DNA from: Macrostomum lignano
Lineage: Eukaryota
Direction of reading: 5' to 3'
Assembly: GCA_002269645.1 (NCBI GenBank)
Contig: NIVC01003639.1
Location: 1 to 64,000, forward strand
DNA length: 64,000 nt
Shown: positions 1 to 13,070 of the stretch, in pieces
Layout of the letters: every line of letters starts with the position of its first letter
Numbering within the stretch: the first letter of the stretch is position 1
Program-made: the position numbers and the translations under genes
Notes under the pieces: model-generated
Database searches by the model: none
Told to the model about the DNA's origin: nothing
The model's input: the letters and a program-made list of their open reading frames with translations, nothing else

Positions 1-561
1 GCTTGAACTTTTATTAACTTGAATCGCAAAAATAAATAATACCAAAAGCACTGTTGACAGTTTATTAAGTACAGCCACATGTACCAGCAATAAAATTTTC
101 TTAATCATATTCATAATTAATAATGACCTGATTTATAAATTATCGATCTTTTAAAGCGGATGCAAGCGCATGCGAATTCGGCATTTGAAGAGGCAAGATG
201 AGCTTTTGCCTCTTCAAGTTTTTGAAGTGAAACTTAGTCGAATGAGTTATTGATTGCGACAAACTCTTTCACTTGAAGGACCAGGTAAAGACTGCTGCCA
301 GAGGAAAGGAGAGAGGAGGGGAGTAGAGAAGAGAGATAGGAGAGGAGAGGATGAGATAGAGATGAGAGAAAGGAGAGAAAAGAAAAATAGAAGATTAGAG
401 AAGACAGCTGAGGAGACACAAATCGGATTCCTTTTGTTAGCCAAGTAAGGCTTGATTCAATCAACCCAGGGGCGTCGCACGGATTTTATGGTGGGGCAAA
501 GCCAAGAAATTCTACAAGTACATGTACATCATTTTCAGAATCTGTGTTGTCAGCGCTCCTT

Positions 562-1197
562 TTGGCGCCGCAGGCACTCATTTTAGCGCCACAGGCACTC
601 ATTGTAGCGCCACAGGCACTCATTGTAGCGCCACAAGCACTCATTTTAGCGCCACAAGCACTCATTTTAGCGCCACTGGCACTCATTTTAGCGCCGCAGA
701 CACTCATTCTAGCGCCACTGGCATCATTCTAGGCCACTGGCACTCATTCTAGCGCCACTGGCACTCATTCTAGCGCCACTGGCACTCATTCTAGCGCACT
801 GGCACTCATTTTAGCGCCGCACAAACTCATTTTAGCGCCGCAGACACTCATTCTAGCGCCACTGGCACTCATTTTAGCGCTACCGGCACTCATTTTTAGC
901 GCCGCAGACACTCATTCTAGCGCCGCACAAACTCATTTTAGCGCCGCAGACACTCATTCTAGCGCCGCAGGCACTCATTTTAGCGCCGCAGGCACTCATT
1001 CTAGCGCGCAGGCACTCATTCTAGCGCCGCAGACACTCATTCTAGCGCCGCAGACACTCATTCTAGCGCCGCAGACACTCATTCTAGCGCCGCAGGCACT
1101 CATTCTAGCGCCGCAGGCACTCATTCTAGCGCCGCAGACACTCATTCTAGCGCCGCAGACACTCATTCTAGCGCCGCAGGCACTCATTCTAGCGCCA
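562..1197. repeat. 21-bp minisatellite (GGCACTCATTCTAGCGCCGCA)n, about 30 copies
   Basis: Read directly; produces the 7-aa periodic ORFs at 486-1187. Confidence 0.95.
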
Positions 1198-1539
1198 GCA
1201 TGTGTCCCATAGCTTTTAGCGGGTGCAGGTGGGGACGCCCTGTATCAACTACTTGAAGTCATAAAAAGTCATGTTAGATATATTTGCATCTTTGCTGTGA
1301 TAGAAGCTGCATCTGATACGAGTACATCTGCATTCTTCCAACTTGACAGCTGGCATCTGATGTTCCCTGACACCCTGACAGAAGCAACGTATTCATGCTA
1401 TTAAAGCCCCCCCCAATTATATTATAATTTACACACTTAAACAAAGCCAAAGAGAAGCAAATAATTTTAGGAGTGAGGTTTCAAGATTAATGAAAATCAG
1501 TTTAATAGTTATGGAAGCCATTGCTGCTACATGGCTAAT

Positions 1540-4500
1540 CTACAGCACAACAATCTTCAACAGCAGCTCCTGAATTTTTCTGCACCAAGACCGGCTCTCC
1601 GACTCGCTGGGGCACCGCAGGCGCAGGACGTGCATCGGTTGCAGTCACCAGCCAGCTGCAGGTACAGGTCGACTGAGGGAGACAGTTGGGGGGGGGTTGC
1701 AGTCACCAGCAGCTGCAGGTACAGGTCGACTGAGGGAGACAGTTGGGGGGCGGCTCACTGGGAGCAGGTGTGAGAATGGAAGAGTAAAGATGGAGATACG
1801 AAGAGAAAAGAAGTGAGAGGAAGAAGCTACATGTACATGTAGATGAGAGACAAAAGAGAGAATAGTGAGAAGAGATAGGAGAGAAGAAAGAGAGAAAGGG
1901 AAGGGGAGACAAGAAAGAGGAGAGAGGGAAGGGAGAGAAGAAAGAGGAGAGGGAAGGGGAGAGAAGAGAGAGGAGAGGGAAGGGGAGAGAAGAGAGGAGA
2001 GAAGGAAGGGGAGAGAAGAAAGAGGAGAGATGGAAGGGGAGAGAAGAGGAGGAGAGAAGGAAGGGGAGAGAAGAAAGAGGAGAGAGGGAAGGGGAGAGAA
2101 GAGAGAGGAGAGAGGGAAGGGGAGAGAAGAAGAGGAGAGATGGAAGGGGAGAGAAGAGAGAGGAGAGATGGAAGGGGAGAGAAGAGAGAGGAGAGAGGGA
2201 AGGGAGAGAAGAGAGAGGAGAGAGGAAGGGGAGAGAAGAGAGAGGAGAGAGGGAAGAGGGAAGGGGAGAGAAGAAAGAGGAGAGAGGGAAGAGGGAAGGG
2301 GAGAGAAGAAAGAGGAGAGATGGAAGGGGAGAGAAGAGAGAGGAGAGAGGGAAGGGGAGAGAAGAAAGAGGAGAGAGGGAAGAGGGAAGGGAGAGAAGAA
2401 AGAGAGAAAGGGGAAGGGGAGAGAAGAGAGAGGAGAGAAGGAAGGGAGAGGAGAGAGGGAAGAGGGAAGGGGAGAGAAGAAAGAGAGAGAGAGAGTGGGT
2501 ATATCTTTTGCCATTAGGGACTTAAAAATGAGGCCACAGGAGTCTCACAGGCGGCCCCGTCGGGCACGAAGCAGTGCGCAATGCGGTGGATCGGCAGCGG
2601 GTCCAGCAGAAGCGGCAGCGGTGCCGACTCTCCCAACGCCGTCTGCTGTTGCTGCTGCTGCGGCTCCGCGGATTCCTCCGACGCGCCAGCAGCCGCCGCC
2701 GCCGCCGCCAAGATGAGTGAGTCGGGGAACAGAAAGCAGCGAGCTTCGCTGGACCGGCCTCGCTCCAACAGGAGGATGCGCCCGCAGTGCAGCAGGCTGG
2801 ACGATGGCCTCCTGAACATCTGCTGCTGCTGGCCATCCCGATGGTGCGACACGAACATCAGGCACGGCTCCGGCGACCTGCCGCCAGCGCTGGTCAGGTG
2901 GCCAGGCAAACAGCTGGCCTGGTGGTTTTATGAAAAAACAATTATAGTTGGTCATTCCGATTCACGCTACTCATAGTACATAGCCACATGCGGCCCGCAA
3001 AGCGTCTCAATCCGGTCTTGAAAATTCACGATAGCAATCCTTCCGCTTGATGTTCGTGTCTCTCCTCTCTCTCCTCTCTCTCCTCTCCTCTCCTCTCCTC
3101 TCCTCTCCTCTCCTGTCCTCTCCTGTCCTCTCCTCTCCTGTCCTCTCCTCTCCTCTCCTCTCCTCTCCTCTCCTGTCCTCTCCTGTCCTCTCCTCTCCTG
3201 TCCTCTCCTCTCCTCTCCTCTCCTCTCCTCTCCTCTTTTCGCTCCTGTCCTCTCCTCTCTCTCTCCTCTCCTCTCCTCTCCTCTCCTCTCCTCTCCTCTC
3301 CTCTCCTCTCCTCTCCTCTCCTCTCCTCTCCTCTCCTCTCCTCTCCTCTCCTCTCCTCTCCTCTCCTCTCTCTCTCTCTCCTGTCCTCTCCTCTCCTCTC
3401 CTCTCCTCTCCTCTCCTGTCCTCTCCTGTCCTCTCCTCTCCTGTCCTCTCCTCTCCTCTCCTCTCCTCTCCTCTCCTCTCCTCTTTTCGCTCCTGTCCTC
3501 TCCTCTCCTCTCCTCTCCTCTCCTCTCCTCTCCTCTTTTCGCTCCTCTCCTCTCCTCTCCTCTCCTCTCCTCTCCTCTCCTCTCCTCTCCTCTCCTCTCC
3601 TCTCTCTTCTCCTCTCTCTCTCCTCTCTCTCCTCTCTCTTCTCCTCTCTCTCCTCTCCTCTCCTCTCCTCCCCTCTTACCTCTCATCTCATATAAGATTT
3701 TATTTTTTAAAAAATATGCAACCAACGCATGTAAAACGCAAATTGATTTGCCGATAAGAATCATGAATCAGGGTGGTGGCATACTCGTATGTTTTCAACT
3801 AAATCGCATCAAATTACTGAGTCCAAATGCATTTAAATAATGCAGAGACCCCAGTCGATGGGCAATATAGCTCGTACAATGCCGAGCGGTCCGAAACCTT
3901 TTGACCTGGACACATATCAGTAGCCAAATATTTGCCCAATCTCGCTATATTCGCATTGCATGGTTCTTGGACGTCAGCTCTGAAAAAAAATTTACAAAAA
4001 AATCTCGGCAAAGCAATTAATTCTTGCGGCTGATCCTTTTGATCCCAGTCTGCTAGATGGAAAAATGAAGTCTCGATTCAGTTTGTACAGTAAATCTGTT
4101 TATTGACTCGCTCTAAAATTTACAATGTGGCCAAATACAGGATGCCTATCCCAGTTCTTCAGCTAATAATCACGAACGGACTAAGGGCAGCAGCCTTTGC
4201 TCTTTTAAAGATAATTTGTTCATTTTTTGATGTAGTGATGTACAAATACATCACAATTCAAAATTCCTCATCTCATTGTTTACATGTAGCACCCACCTCA
4301 CTCCTCCAGCTCTCACCTCACTCCTCCAGCTCCCACCTCACTCCTCCAGCTCCCACCTCACTCCTCCAGCTCTCACCTCACTCCTCCAGCTCCCACCTCA
4401 CTCTCCAGCTCCCACCTCACTCCTCCAGCTCCCACCTCACTCCTCCAGCTCCCACCTCACTCCTCCAGCTCCCACCTCACTCCTCCAGCTCCCACCTCAC

Positions 4501-7500
4501 TCCTCCAGCTCCCACCTCACTCCTCCAGCTCCCACCTCACTCCTCCAGCTCCCACCTCACTCCTCCAGCTCCCACCTCACTCCTCCAGCTCCCACCTCAC
4601 TCCTCCAGCTCCCACCTCACTCCTCCAGCTCCCACCTCACTCCTCCAGCTCCCACCTCACTCCTCCAGCTCCCACCTCACTCCTCCAGCTCCCACCTCAC
4701 TCCCAGCACTCACAATATCATACAGTGATTTCACATCCCTCCGAAATGCGCCGCCAAAGCCGCCGCTCCTGGCGCCGCCGGAGCTGCCTGCCAGCCGCCA
4801 AGCAGTGGCTGGTGCAGCAGTCGTTGACGTCGCCGTTGCAGACACCCCAGCCGACATCGCAGAACCAGTCGGCTCCGGCTCGCGGCCGCACTCCGGCAGT
4901 GCGCTGGGACTTTTGGCCACGCCCAGCTGCAGAAGCCTGGGAACCATTGGGGGCGGTAGTGAGGGCTGCTGCTGCTGCTGCTGCTGCACCTGTTGCTTGT
5001 CGTCTTGCCTGCGCCGTCTTCTACGTTCATTCGACTGCTGTCGGCCGAGGTCAGCTGAACGGCTGCCGCAGGCGGTTCGAGCAATCTCGTTGAGCAGAGG
5101 GTGCCAGCCGCTTGTCTGAAGTCGTGTTGAGAAAGCTATCAAGTTCTAAAAGAGTTTGCCGCACTCAGCTACACCCACCTCACTCCGCTACACCCACCTC
5201 ACTCCGCTACACCCACCTCACTCCGCTACACCCACCTCACTCAGCTACACCCACCTCACTCAGCTACACCCACCTCACTCCGCTACACCCACCTCACTCC
5301 GCTACACCCACCTCACTCAGCTACACCCACATCACTCAGCTACACCCACCTCACTCCGCTGAACCCACCTCACTCCGCCACACCCACCTCACTCAGCTAC
5401 ACCCACCTCACTCAGCTACACCCACATCACTCAGCTACACACACGGAGTGGAGTGTTTATCCAATTAAAAGTGCTTATAAATACAACAAACTTATTACCT
5501 TGCCGCACGTGATCAAGCTATCCAGCGGAAACGCAATACTGCCCAGAAACTCTGCAAATCTGAATCAGTTAAAAAATCATGAAAGAGTTCCGCCCCAGTC
5601 AAAGAAGAGGGCTTACTTCAACAAGTTCAACATCCAAGCTAGCTGGCTCACCCTTCGCGACCGAGCTGATTCCAAGCTGAAATTAACAGATTCTTATTCC
5701 CGCAAACTTTTGAGGATGCGGAGCCTTGGTGCCGCTGCTGCTGGTGCTGCTGGTGCTCTAGCGGCAAATTGAGCACAAAGTGCTCGTTGAACAATGGGAA
5801 ATCGGTGTCGGGCACAACCTGCGATTGACACTTCTCGCTGTTCTGACCCTCGGGATAGAAACTGATCTGGAAGGGTTGCATGCTGTTGCTATAGTAGCTC
5901 TGGTGAACTATAGCAGTACGCGACTGCACTCCTCCTGACTCGCTCCTGACTCAATCTCTAGCTACCTCACTCCCCCATCAGCAACCTCACTCACCATTAG
6001 CTAACTCACTTTCTCATTAGCTACCTTATTTCCCATTAGCTACCCCACTCCCCCCAGCAACCTCACCCCCCATTAGCTACCTCACTCCCCCATCAGCAAC
6101 CTCACTCCCCATTAGCTACCTCACTCTCTCATTAGCTACCTCACTCCCCATTAGCTACCTCACTCTCTCATTAGCTACCTCACTTCCCATTAGCTACCCC
6201 GCTCCCTCATTAGTTACCTCACTCCCCCATTAGCTACCTCACTCCCCATTAGCTACCTCACTCCCCCATTAGCTACCTCACTCTCTCATTAGCTACCTCA
6301 CTTCCCATTAGCTACCCCGCTCCCTCATTAGCTACCTCACTCCCCCATTAGCTACCCCACTCCCTCATCAGCTACCTCACCTCCATTAGCTACCCCACTC
6401 CTTCATTAGCTACCTCACTCCTCCATTAGCTACCCCACTCCCTCATCAGCTACCTCACCTCCATTAGCTACCCCACTCCTTCATTAGCTACCCCACTTCC
6501 TCATCAGCTACCTCACTCCCCATTAGCTACCCCACTCCCTCATTAGCTACCTCACTCCTCCATTAGCTACCCCAATCCCTCATCAGCTACCTCACTCCTC
6601 CATTAGCTACCCCAATCCCTCATCAGCTACCTCACTCCTCCATTAGCTACCCCACTCCCTCATCAGCTACCTCACCTCCATTAGCTACCCCACCCCTCCA
6701 TTAGCTACCCCACTCCCTCATCAGCTACCTCACCTCCATTAGCTACCCCACTCCTCCATTAGCTACCCCACTCCCTCATCAGCTACCTCACCTCCATTAG
6801 CTACCCCACTCCTTCATTAGCTACCCCACTCCCTCATTAGCTACCTCACTCCCCATTAGCTACCCCACTCCCTCATTAGCTACCTCACTCCCCCATTAGC
6901 TACCTCACTCCCCATTAGCTACCCCACTCCCTCATTAGCTACCTCACTCCCCCATTAGCTACCTCACTCCCCCATTAGCTACCTCACTCTCTCATTAGCT
7001 ACCCCACTCCCTCATTAGCTACCTCACTTCCGCAGCCAACGCCCTCACAAGTTTTCCGAGAACTCACCCTAACGAAGCTGCAGCACCGCTTTCCCCTTTG
7101 GGAAGTCAAATTTCTGGCCGCAATGACTGCAAATTGAGATGCAAAGGTTGGAGACCGATATTGACTGAAGAACGAACTTCAAGCTGCGCTAGAATCGCCA
7201 TAAAAAGTTCAGCCTAGCAACTTACGAGAAATTCTCAGCTGGGTTGATGCCGCTTGGATTGACAGCTTCAGTTCGGCATCTGGAAATTTTGGGAGTTCTG
7301 AAACATTTTGAAGAGTTGAGTTGACTATTACTCAACTAATGAATAAGCATTCTTAATTAACCACCCTAGGTCCCTAATCAGACTCCAGAAATCCCTAATC
7401 AGACTCCAGAAATCCCTAATCAGACACCAGAAATCCCTAATCAGACTCCAGAAATCCCTAATCAGACACCAGAAATCCCTAATCAAAGACCAGAAATCCC

Positions 7501-8760
7501 TAATCAAAGACCAGAAATCCCTAATCAGACACCAGAAATCCCTAATCAGACACCAGAAATCCCTCATCAGACACCAGAAATCCCTAATCAGACACCAGAA
7601 ATCCCTAATCAGAGACCAGTAAATCCCTAATCAGACACCAGAAATCCCTAATCAAAGACCAGAAATCCCTAATCAGACACCAGAAATCCCTAATCAGACA
7701 CCAGAAATCCCTAATCAGAGATCAGAAATCTCTAATCAGACACCAGAAATCCCTAATCAGACACCAGAAATCCCTAATCAGACACCAGAAATCCCTAATC
7801 AGACACCAGAAATCCCTAATCAGAGATCAGAAATCTCTAATCAGACACCAGAAATCCCTAATCAGACACCAGAAATCTCTAATCAGACACCAGAAATCCC
7901 TCATCAGACACCAGAAATCCCTAATCAGACACCAGAAATCCCTAATCAGAGACCAGTAAATCCCTAATCAGACACCAGAAATCCCTAATCAAAGACCAGA
8001 AATCCCTAATCAGACACCAGAAATCCCTAATCAGACACCAGAAATCCCTAATCAGAGATCAGAAATCTCTAATCAGACACCAGAAATCCCTAATCAAAGA
8101 CCAGAAATCCCTAATCAGACACCAGAAATCCCTAATCAGACACCAGAAATCCCTAATCAAAGACCAGAAATTCCTAATCAGACACCAGAAATCCCTAATC
8201 AAAGACCAGAAATCCCTAATCAGACACCAGAAATCCCTAATCAGACACCAGAAATCCCTAATCAGACACCAGAAATCCCTAATCAGAGATCAGAAATCTC
8301 TAATCAGACACCAGAAATCCCTAATCAGGCACCAGAAATCCCTAATCAGAGACCAGTAAATCCCTAATCAGACACCAGAAATCCCTAATCAGACACCAGA
8401 AATCCCTAATCAGACACCAGAAATCCCTAATCAGACACCAGAAATCCCTAATCAGACACCAGAAATCCCTAATCAGACACCAGAAATCCCTAATCAGACA
8501 CCAGAAATCCCTAATCAGAGATCAGAAATCTCTAATCAGACACCAGAAATCCCTAATCAGACACCAGAAATCCCTAATCAGACACCAGAAATCCCAGCCA
8601 GAGATCCCTCACCGCCTCTCGAGCAGTCCGCCCCAGCCGCCGCCCCAGCCGCCGCTGATGTCATGGAAGCTGATGCGGCCGCAGTTCCGCTGCCAGCTGT
8701 GTTACCTGATGCAGAGCTGGCGACGTCCGATTGAAGCAGCTTCCAGCCTCCGCTGGGCAT
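1540..8760 (-). CDS. Multi-exon C2-domain + PH-domain protein (RGS3 N-terminal / PsGEF-like). Exons read: 8760-8613, 7279-7226, 7126-7068, 5866-5652, 5559-5499, 5115-4714, probably 4162-4124, unresolved exon(s) at 2.96-4.06 kb, 2918-2549, 1672-1540
   Basis: GT-AG junctions are phase-compatible through the first six exons. The spliced product reads DAELKLSIQAASTQLRISLIAARNLTSQRGKRCCSFVRISFYPE..SQVVPDTDFPLFNEHF..NLLISAWNQ..EFLGSIAFPLDSL..TSGWHPLL, which matches the RGS3-type C2 fold from memory. The PH part reads LLHCGRILLLERGRSSEARCFLFPDSLIL..LLLDPLPIHRI and ..HVLRLRCPSESESRSWCRKIQELL. The last exon needs one extra base near 1635 to stay in frame. Confidence 0.75.
1640..1751. repeat. ~58-bp tandem duplication covering the last splice acceptor and exon start of the C2/PH gene
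   Basis: TGCAGTCACCAG(C)CAGCTGCAGGTACAGGTCGACTGAGGGAGACAGTTGGGGGG occurs twice, differing by a 1-nt indel. Confidence 0.9.
1775..2497. repeat. GA-rich low-complexity tract (intronic)
   Basis: Almost purine-only on the + strand. Confidence 0.9.
3058..3680. repeat. (CTCTC)n pentamer microsatellite (intronic)
   Basis: Read directly. Confidence 0.95.
4292..4708. repeat. 20-bp minisatellite (CCCACCTCACTCCTCCAGCT)n abutting the splice donor at 4713
   Basis: Period of 20 visible in consecutive lines. Confidence 0.95.
5160..5440. repeat. 19-bp minisatellite (ACACCCACCTCACTC[C/A]GCT)n (intronic)
   Basis: Read directly. Confidence 0.9.
5955..7030. repeat. Degenerate 19-21-bp minisatellite (CATTAGCTACCTCACTCCC)n (intronic)
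   Basis: Read directly. Confidence 0.9.
7355..8595. repeat. 21-bp minisatellite (AATCAGACACCAGAAATCCCT)n filling the first coding intron
   Basis: Read directly; about 59 copies. Confidence 0.95.
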
Positions 8761-8797
8761 AGCGCAGCCTCATCAATGGTTAATAAAACTCCACACT

Positions 8798-9110
8798 GAC
8801 GAAGAGAGGTGAACAGAGCGTAAAAATGTTTTTTCTGCGCTTCTCCTTCTGTGGTTTCGCCGAAATTGATGAGGCGGCAGTTGGGAGACTGAGAGGGAGA
8901 GAGAGAGCTTCGTGTTCAGAAGCGCGGTGTTAATTTCTTTGTCCCGGCGCGTGGCGCTGCCTTTTGCCTGCCTGCTCGATTTTCACCGCCTGGTCCCTCA
9001 TCCTTCACCGGCGACCCGTTCTGTGCCATTTTCTTACAGAGCGGCCTCACTGATTGGCTGCATGGTGATTCGTTTCTCTGTGCGTAAAATCTGTGCGAGA
9101 GTGGGACTTA
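8798..9110 (-). other. Probable 5'-UTR intron of the C2/PH gene
   Basis: Minus-strand donor G|GTAAGT near 9110 and a pyrimidine-rich acceptor CTCTCTTCGTCAG near 8798. An in-frame TGA lies just upstream of the ATG at 8760. Confidence 0.45.
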
Positions 9111-10109
9111 CCAGATAGACACTTTGCACAACTTCTGGATTCCGCTGGGTTCTCTTGTAATTACTGCTATCCCTTTACCCCCATTACCTGCTCTTGCCTA
9201 CCCGCCAGCGCCTCTCTCCACTCTACCCTCTCTCCCTCTCCCCTCTCACCCTCTCACCCTCTCTCTCCCATCTCTCACATCTCTCCCATCTCTCGCATCT
9301 CTCCCATCTCGTCCTCTGTCCTATATCAATCTCTCTTCTCACTCCTCTCCGCTCTCACCTTCTCTCCGATCCCCTCTTACTTTCTCCCCCCTCTCGCCCT
9401 CTTTCTCCTCCCACCCTCTCTCCCCTCTCACCCTCTCTCGCCTCTCTCTTCTTCTTTCTTTCCCCTTCTTCCCTCTCTTTTCTCCCTTCTCAACCTCACT
9501 CCCTCTCCTTTCCCTCTCTCCTCTCCCCTCTCTTCCCTCTCCTTTCCCTTCTCACCCTATCTCCCCTCCAATCTCCACGTGACTCGCCGCCTTTACAAGC
9601 AAAGTTTCTGAATAACTGAAAAATCCAAAGCGTGGAACAGTCCAGGGTGCAGTCACCCTAAGCCATAATTTTTATTTTTCATTATCGCTTGCGCCTCCCC
9701 GTCAGCTGAAACCGAAATCTCAGTTGCGCAACATTTGCCAAGAGAAGAAAATGAACTTCCTTGACGCGACTGCGAAAGCCGCCCCAGTAAATCTGTAACA
9801 GAAGCTGACCTGCCGCTGATGAAGTGGCGGGCCTGTGATCTGCTGGGGCAGAGTTGAAATTGCCCACCTAGGTTCGGGATCTTCCAGTGCGACAATCTGG
9901 CAGAAGCCAGACCTCTGGATAGCGCTTCACCCCTCACTCATACCAGTAGTAAAGTGCTAGTACTAAAGGATACAACTGGTTACAACCAGTTAGTTAATCA
10001 GTTTGCAAGGGGCTGTCACCCCTTCAAGGCATGCCATTTTGCTGACACAGATACGCGCTCACACAGGGTGCACAGCGGCACTGACTTACTAATCGTCAGG
10101 CACATGTAC

Positions 10110-10805
10110 ACACTGCATCATCAATAGCTTGCTCTGCAGCTGGCACACACTGCATCATCAATAGCTTGCACTGCAGCTGACACACACTGCATCATCAATA
10201 GCTTGCACTGCAGCTGGCACACACTGCATCATCAATAGCTTGCACTGCAGCTGGCACACACTGCATCATCAATAGCTTGCACTGCAGCTGGCACACACTG
10301 CATCATCAATAGCTTGCACTGCAGCTGGCACACACTGCATCATCAATAGCTTGCACTGCAGCTGGCACACACTGCATCATCAATAGCTTGCACTGCAGCT
10401 GGCACACACTGCATCATCAATAGCTTGCACTGCAGCTGGCACACACTGCATCATCAATAGCTTGCACTGCAGCTGGCACACACTGCATCATCAATAGCTT
10501 GCACTGCAGCTGGCACACACTGCATCATCAATAGCTTGCACTGCAGCTGGCACACACTGCATCATCAATAGCTTGCACTGCAGCTGGCACACACTGCATC
10601 ATCAATAGCTTGCACTGCAGCTGGCACACACTGCATCATCAATAGCTTGCACTGCAGCTGGCTTACACTGCATCATCAATAGCTTGCACTGCAGCTGGCA
10701 CACATTGCATCATCAATAGCTTGCACTGCAGCTGGCACACACTGCATCATCAATAGCTTGCACTGCAGCTGGCACACACTGCATCATCAATAGCTTGCAC
10801 TGCAA
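10110..10805. repeat. 37-bp minisatellite (GCTGGCACACACTGCATCATCAATAGCTTGCACTGCA)n, about 18 copies
   Basis: Read directly; highly homogeneous. Confidence 0.95.
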
Positions 10806-11419
10806 GTTGCTGAGGGAAAAAAGGAAGTAGGCAAAAAAATCACTGGAAATCCCCGACCTCCCTGTCCAGGGATTATGGATTTCCGGGGCTGCGGAGGGCG
10901 GAGGCGGAACTGGGGATGAGGCAGGAGGGGGCGGGTAGCGCTTGTCATCAGACAGGTAGCAGCATGCTGTATATTTGTAATAGAGATCCGCAGCCACTCC
11001 GCGCATTCCTGCTTTGCCCCTGTAGTTTTATTCACTGTTCCTAGAAGAATGGATGGGGCAGGGACAGACTTAATGGGAGCGCTGGCCCTCCAGCAACACC
11101 TTGCTAATTGGCAGTGCGCGGCCAGCCAGCTAATTGCCGGGCATTTCTTTCGGCTTCGCGGCCCTCAAAACTTCGCCGGAGGATTCAATCGAGCTTTCCG
11201 GATGCTTTGGGGAGGGGGGGGGGTTGCGCCGTGCGCATTAGCGACCGAGCTCCTCCGGTTAGCGACTGCCGCCTGTAGCTGCTTTCAGTCGCCAATGCTG
11301 CGCGCGTGTCTGCTGCTTCTGCACAATCGGAAAACACGGATGCTGTGCCTTCATCAGCTGCTTCTCCAGCGCCCTCACTCTGCCAGGCCTAATCCCGTAG
11401 CCTCCTACAGCCCTTTCTC

Positions 11420-11815
11420 CAACTCTCTCACCCTCCATCTCCCTCTCACCCTCCATCTCCATCTCCCTCTTACCTTCAATCTCCCTCTCACCCTCTATCT
11501 CCCTCTCCCTCTCACCCTCCATCTCCATCTCCCTCTTACCTTCAATCTCCCTCTCACCCTCCATCTCCCTCTAGCCCTCCGTCTCCCTCTCACCCTGCAT
11601 GTCCCTCTCACCCTCCATCTCCCTCTCACCCTCCATCTCCCTCTCACCTTCCATCTCCCTCTCACCCTCCATCTCCCTCTCACCTTCCATCTCCCTCTCA
11701 CCTTCCATCTCCCTCTCACCCTCCATCTTTCTCTCACCCTCCACCTCCCTTCCACCCTCCATCTCACTCTCACCCTGCATCTCCCTCTCACACTGCATCT
11801 CAGTCTCCCTCTACT
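11420..11815. repeat. 18-bp CT-rich minisatellite (CTCCATCTCCCTCTCACC)n
   Basis: Read directly. Confidence 0.9.
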
Positions 11816-12214
11816 ATCTCTCTTATCTACTTGTTTCTATCGCTCTCTTCAAATCAACGCATTTGCAATATCGGCTTTACAGCTGTTTGACTCATCTAAA
11901 TGTTTCACGTGTCTTAAACTCTTTCCAATTATGTTTTCTTTCAATTTTCACTCGAATCGGTCAAATGAAAATATAGGTATTCCTGTATGCAAAAAGTTTC
12001 AGAAAAAATCGGACGGGTATTTTTGAGATTCTCTACTAGCAGTAGCCAGTAGGCATTTAAGCGTAATGCACATTTTATAAACGCTTCAGTCTCAGTTCAA
12101 ATGTCTGCTAGAGTTTTGAATCTGCGGTCACAGACGCAGACACGGTCACACAGTCACGGTCAGTCAAACAGTCACAGGCAGAGTCATTCATTCACAGGTA
12201 CAATTATGCAATCA

Positions 12215-13070
12215 TGGTCATACAGCCACGGTCATACAGTCACTGTCGGTCACGGTCACGTTCATCCAATCATGATCATACAGTCATGTTCATTCAGCCT
12301 TGGTCATATAGTCACGGTCATTAAGTCATGTTCACTAAGTCATGGTCATACAATCACGGTCATAAATTCATGGTCATACAATCACGGTCATAAATTCATG
12401 GTCAGTCATGGTCATACAGTCATGGTCCGATAGTAACGGTCATACATTCACAGTCATACATTCTCGGTCATACAGTAACGGTCATACAGTAACGGTCATA
12501 CATTCACGGTCATACATTCACGGTCATACATTCTCGGTCATACAGTAACGGTCATAAATTCACGGTCATACATTCTCGGTCATACAGTAACGGTCATACA
12601 TTCACGGTCATACACTAACGGTCATACATTCACGGTCATACATTCTCGGTCATACAGTAACGGTCATACATTCTCGGTCATACAGTAACGGTCATACATT
12701 CACGGTCATACATTCTCGGTCATACATTCTCGGTCATACAGTAACGTCCATACATTCACGGTCATACATTCTCGGTCATACATTCTCGGTCATACATTCA
12801 CGGTCATACAGTAACGGTCATACATTCACGGTCATACATTCTCGGTCATACAGTAATGGTCATACATTCACGGTCATACATTCACGGTCATACATTCACG
12901 GTCATACATTCACGGTCATACATTCTCGGTCATACAGTAACGGTCATACATTCTCGGTCATACATTCTCGGTCATACAGTAACGGTCATACATTCACGGT
13001 CATACATTCACGGTCATACAGTAACGGTCATACATTCTCGGTCATACATTCTCGGTCATACAGTTACAAT
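12215..13070. repeat. 14/16-bp minisatellite with core CGGTCATACA
   Basis: CACGGTCATACATT, CTCGGTCATACATT and AACGGTCATACAGT variants. Confidence 0.9.

Noticed and set aside
4292-4708. Similarity of GAGGTGGGAGCTGGAG to the Chi site and the human minisatellite core
   Set aside because: It is a short G-rich partial match with no independent support.
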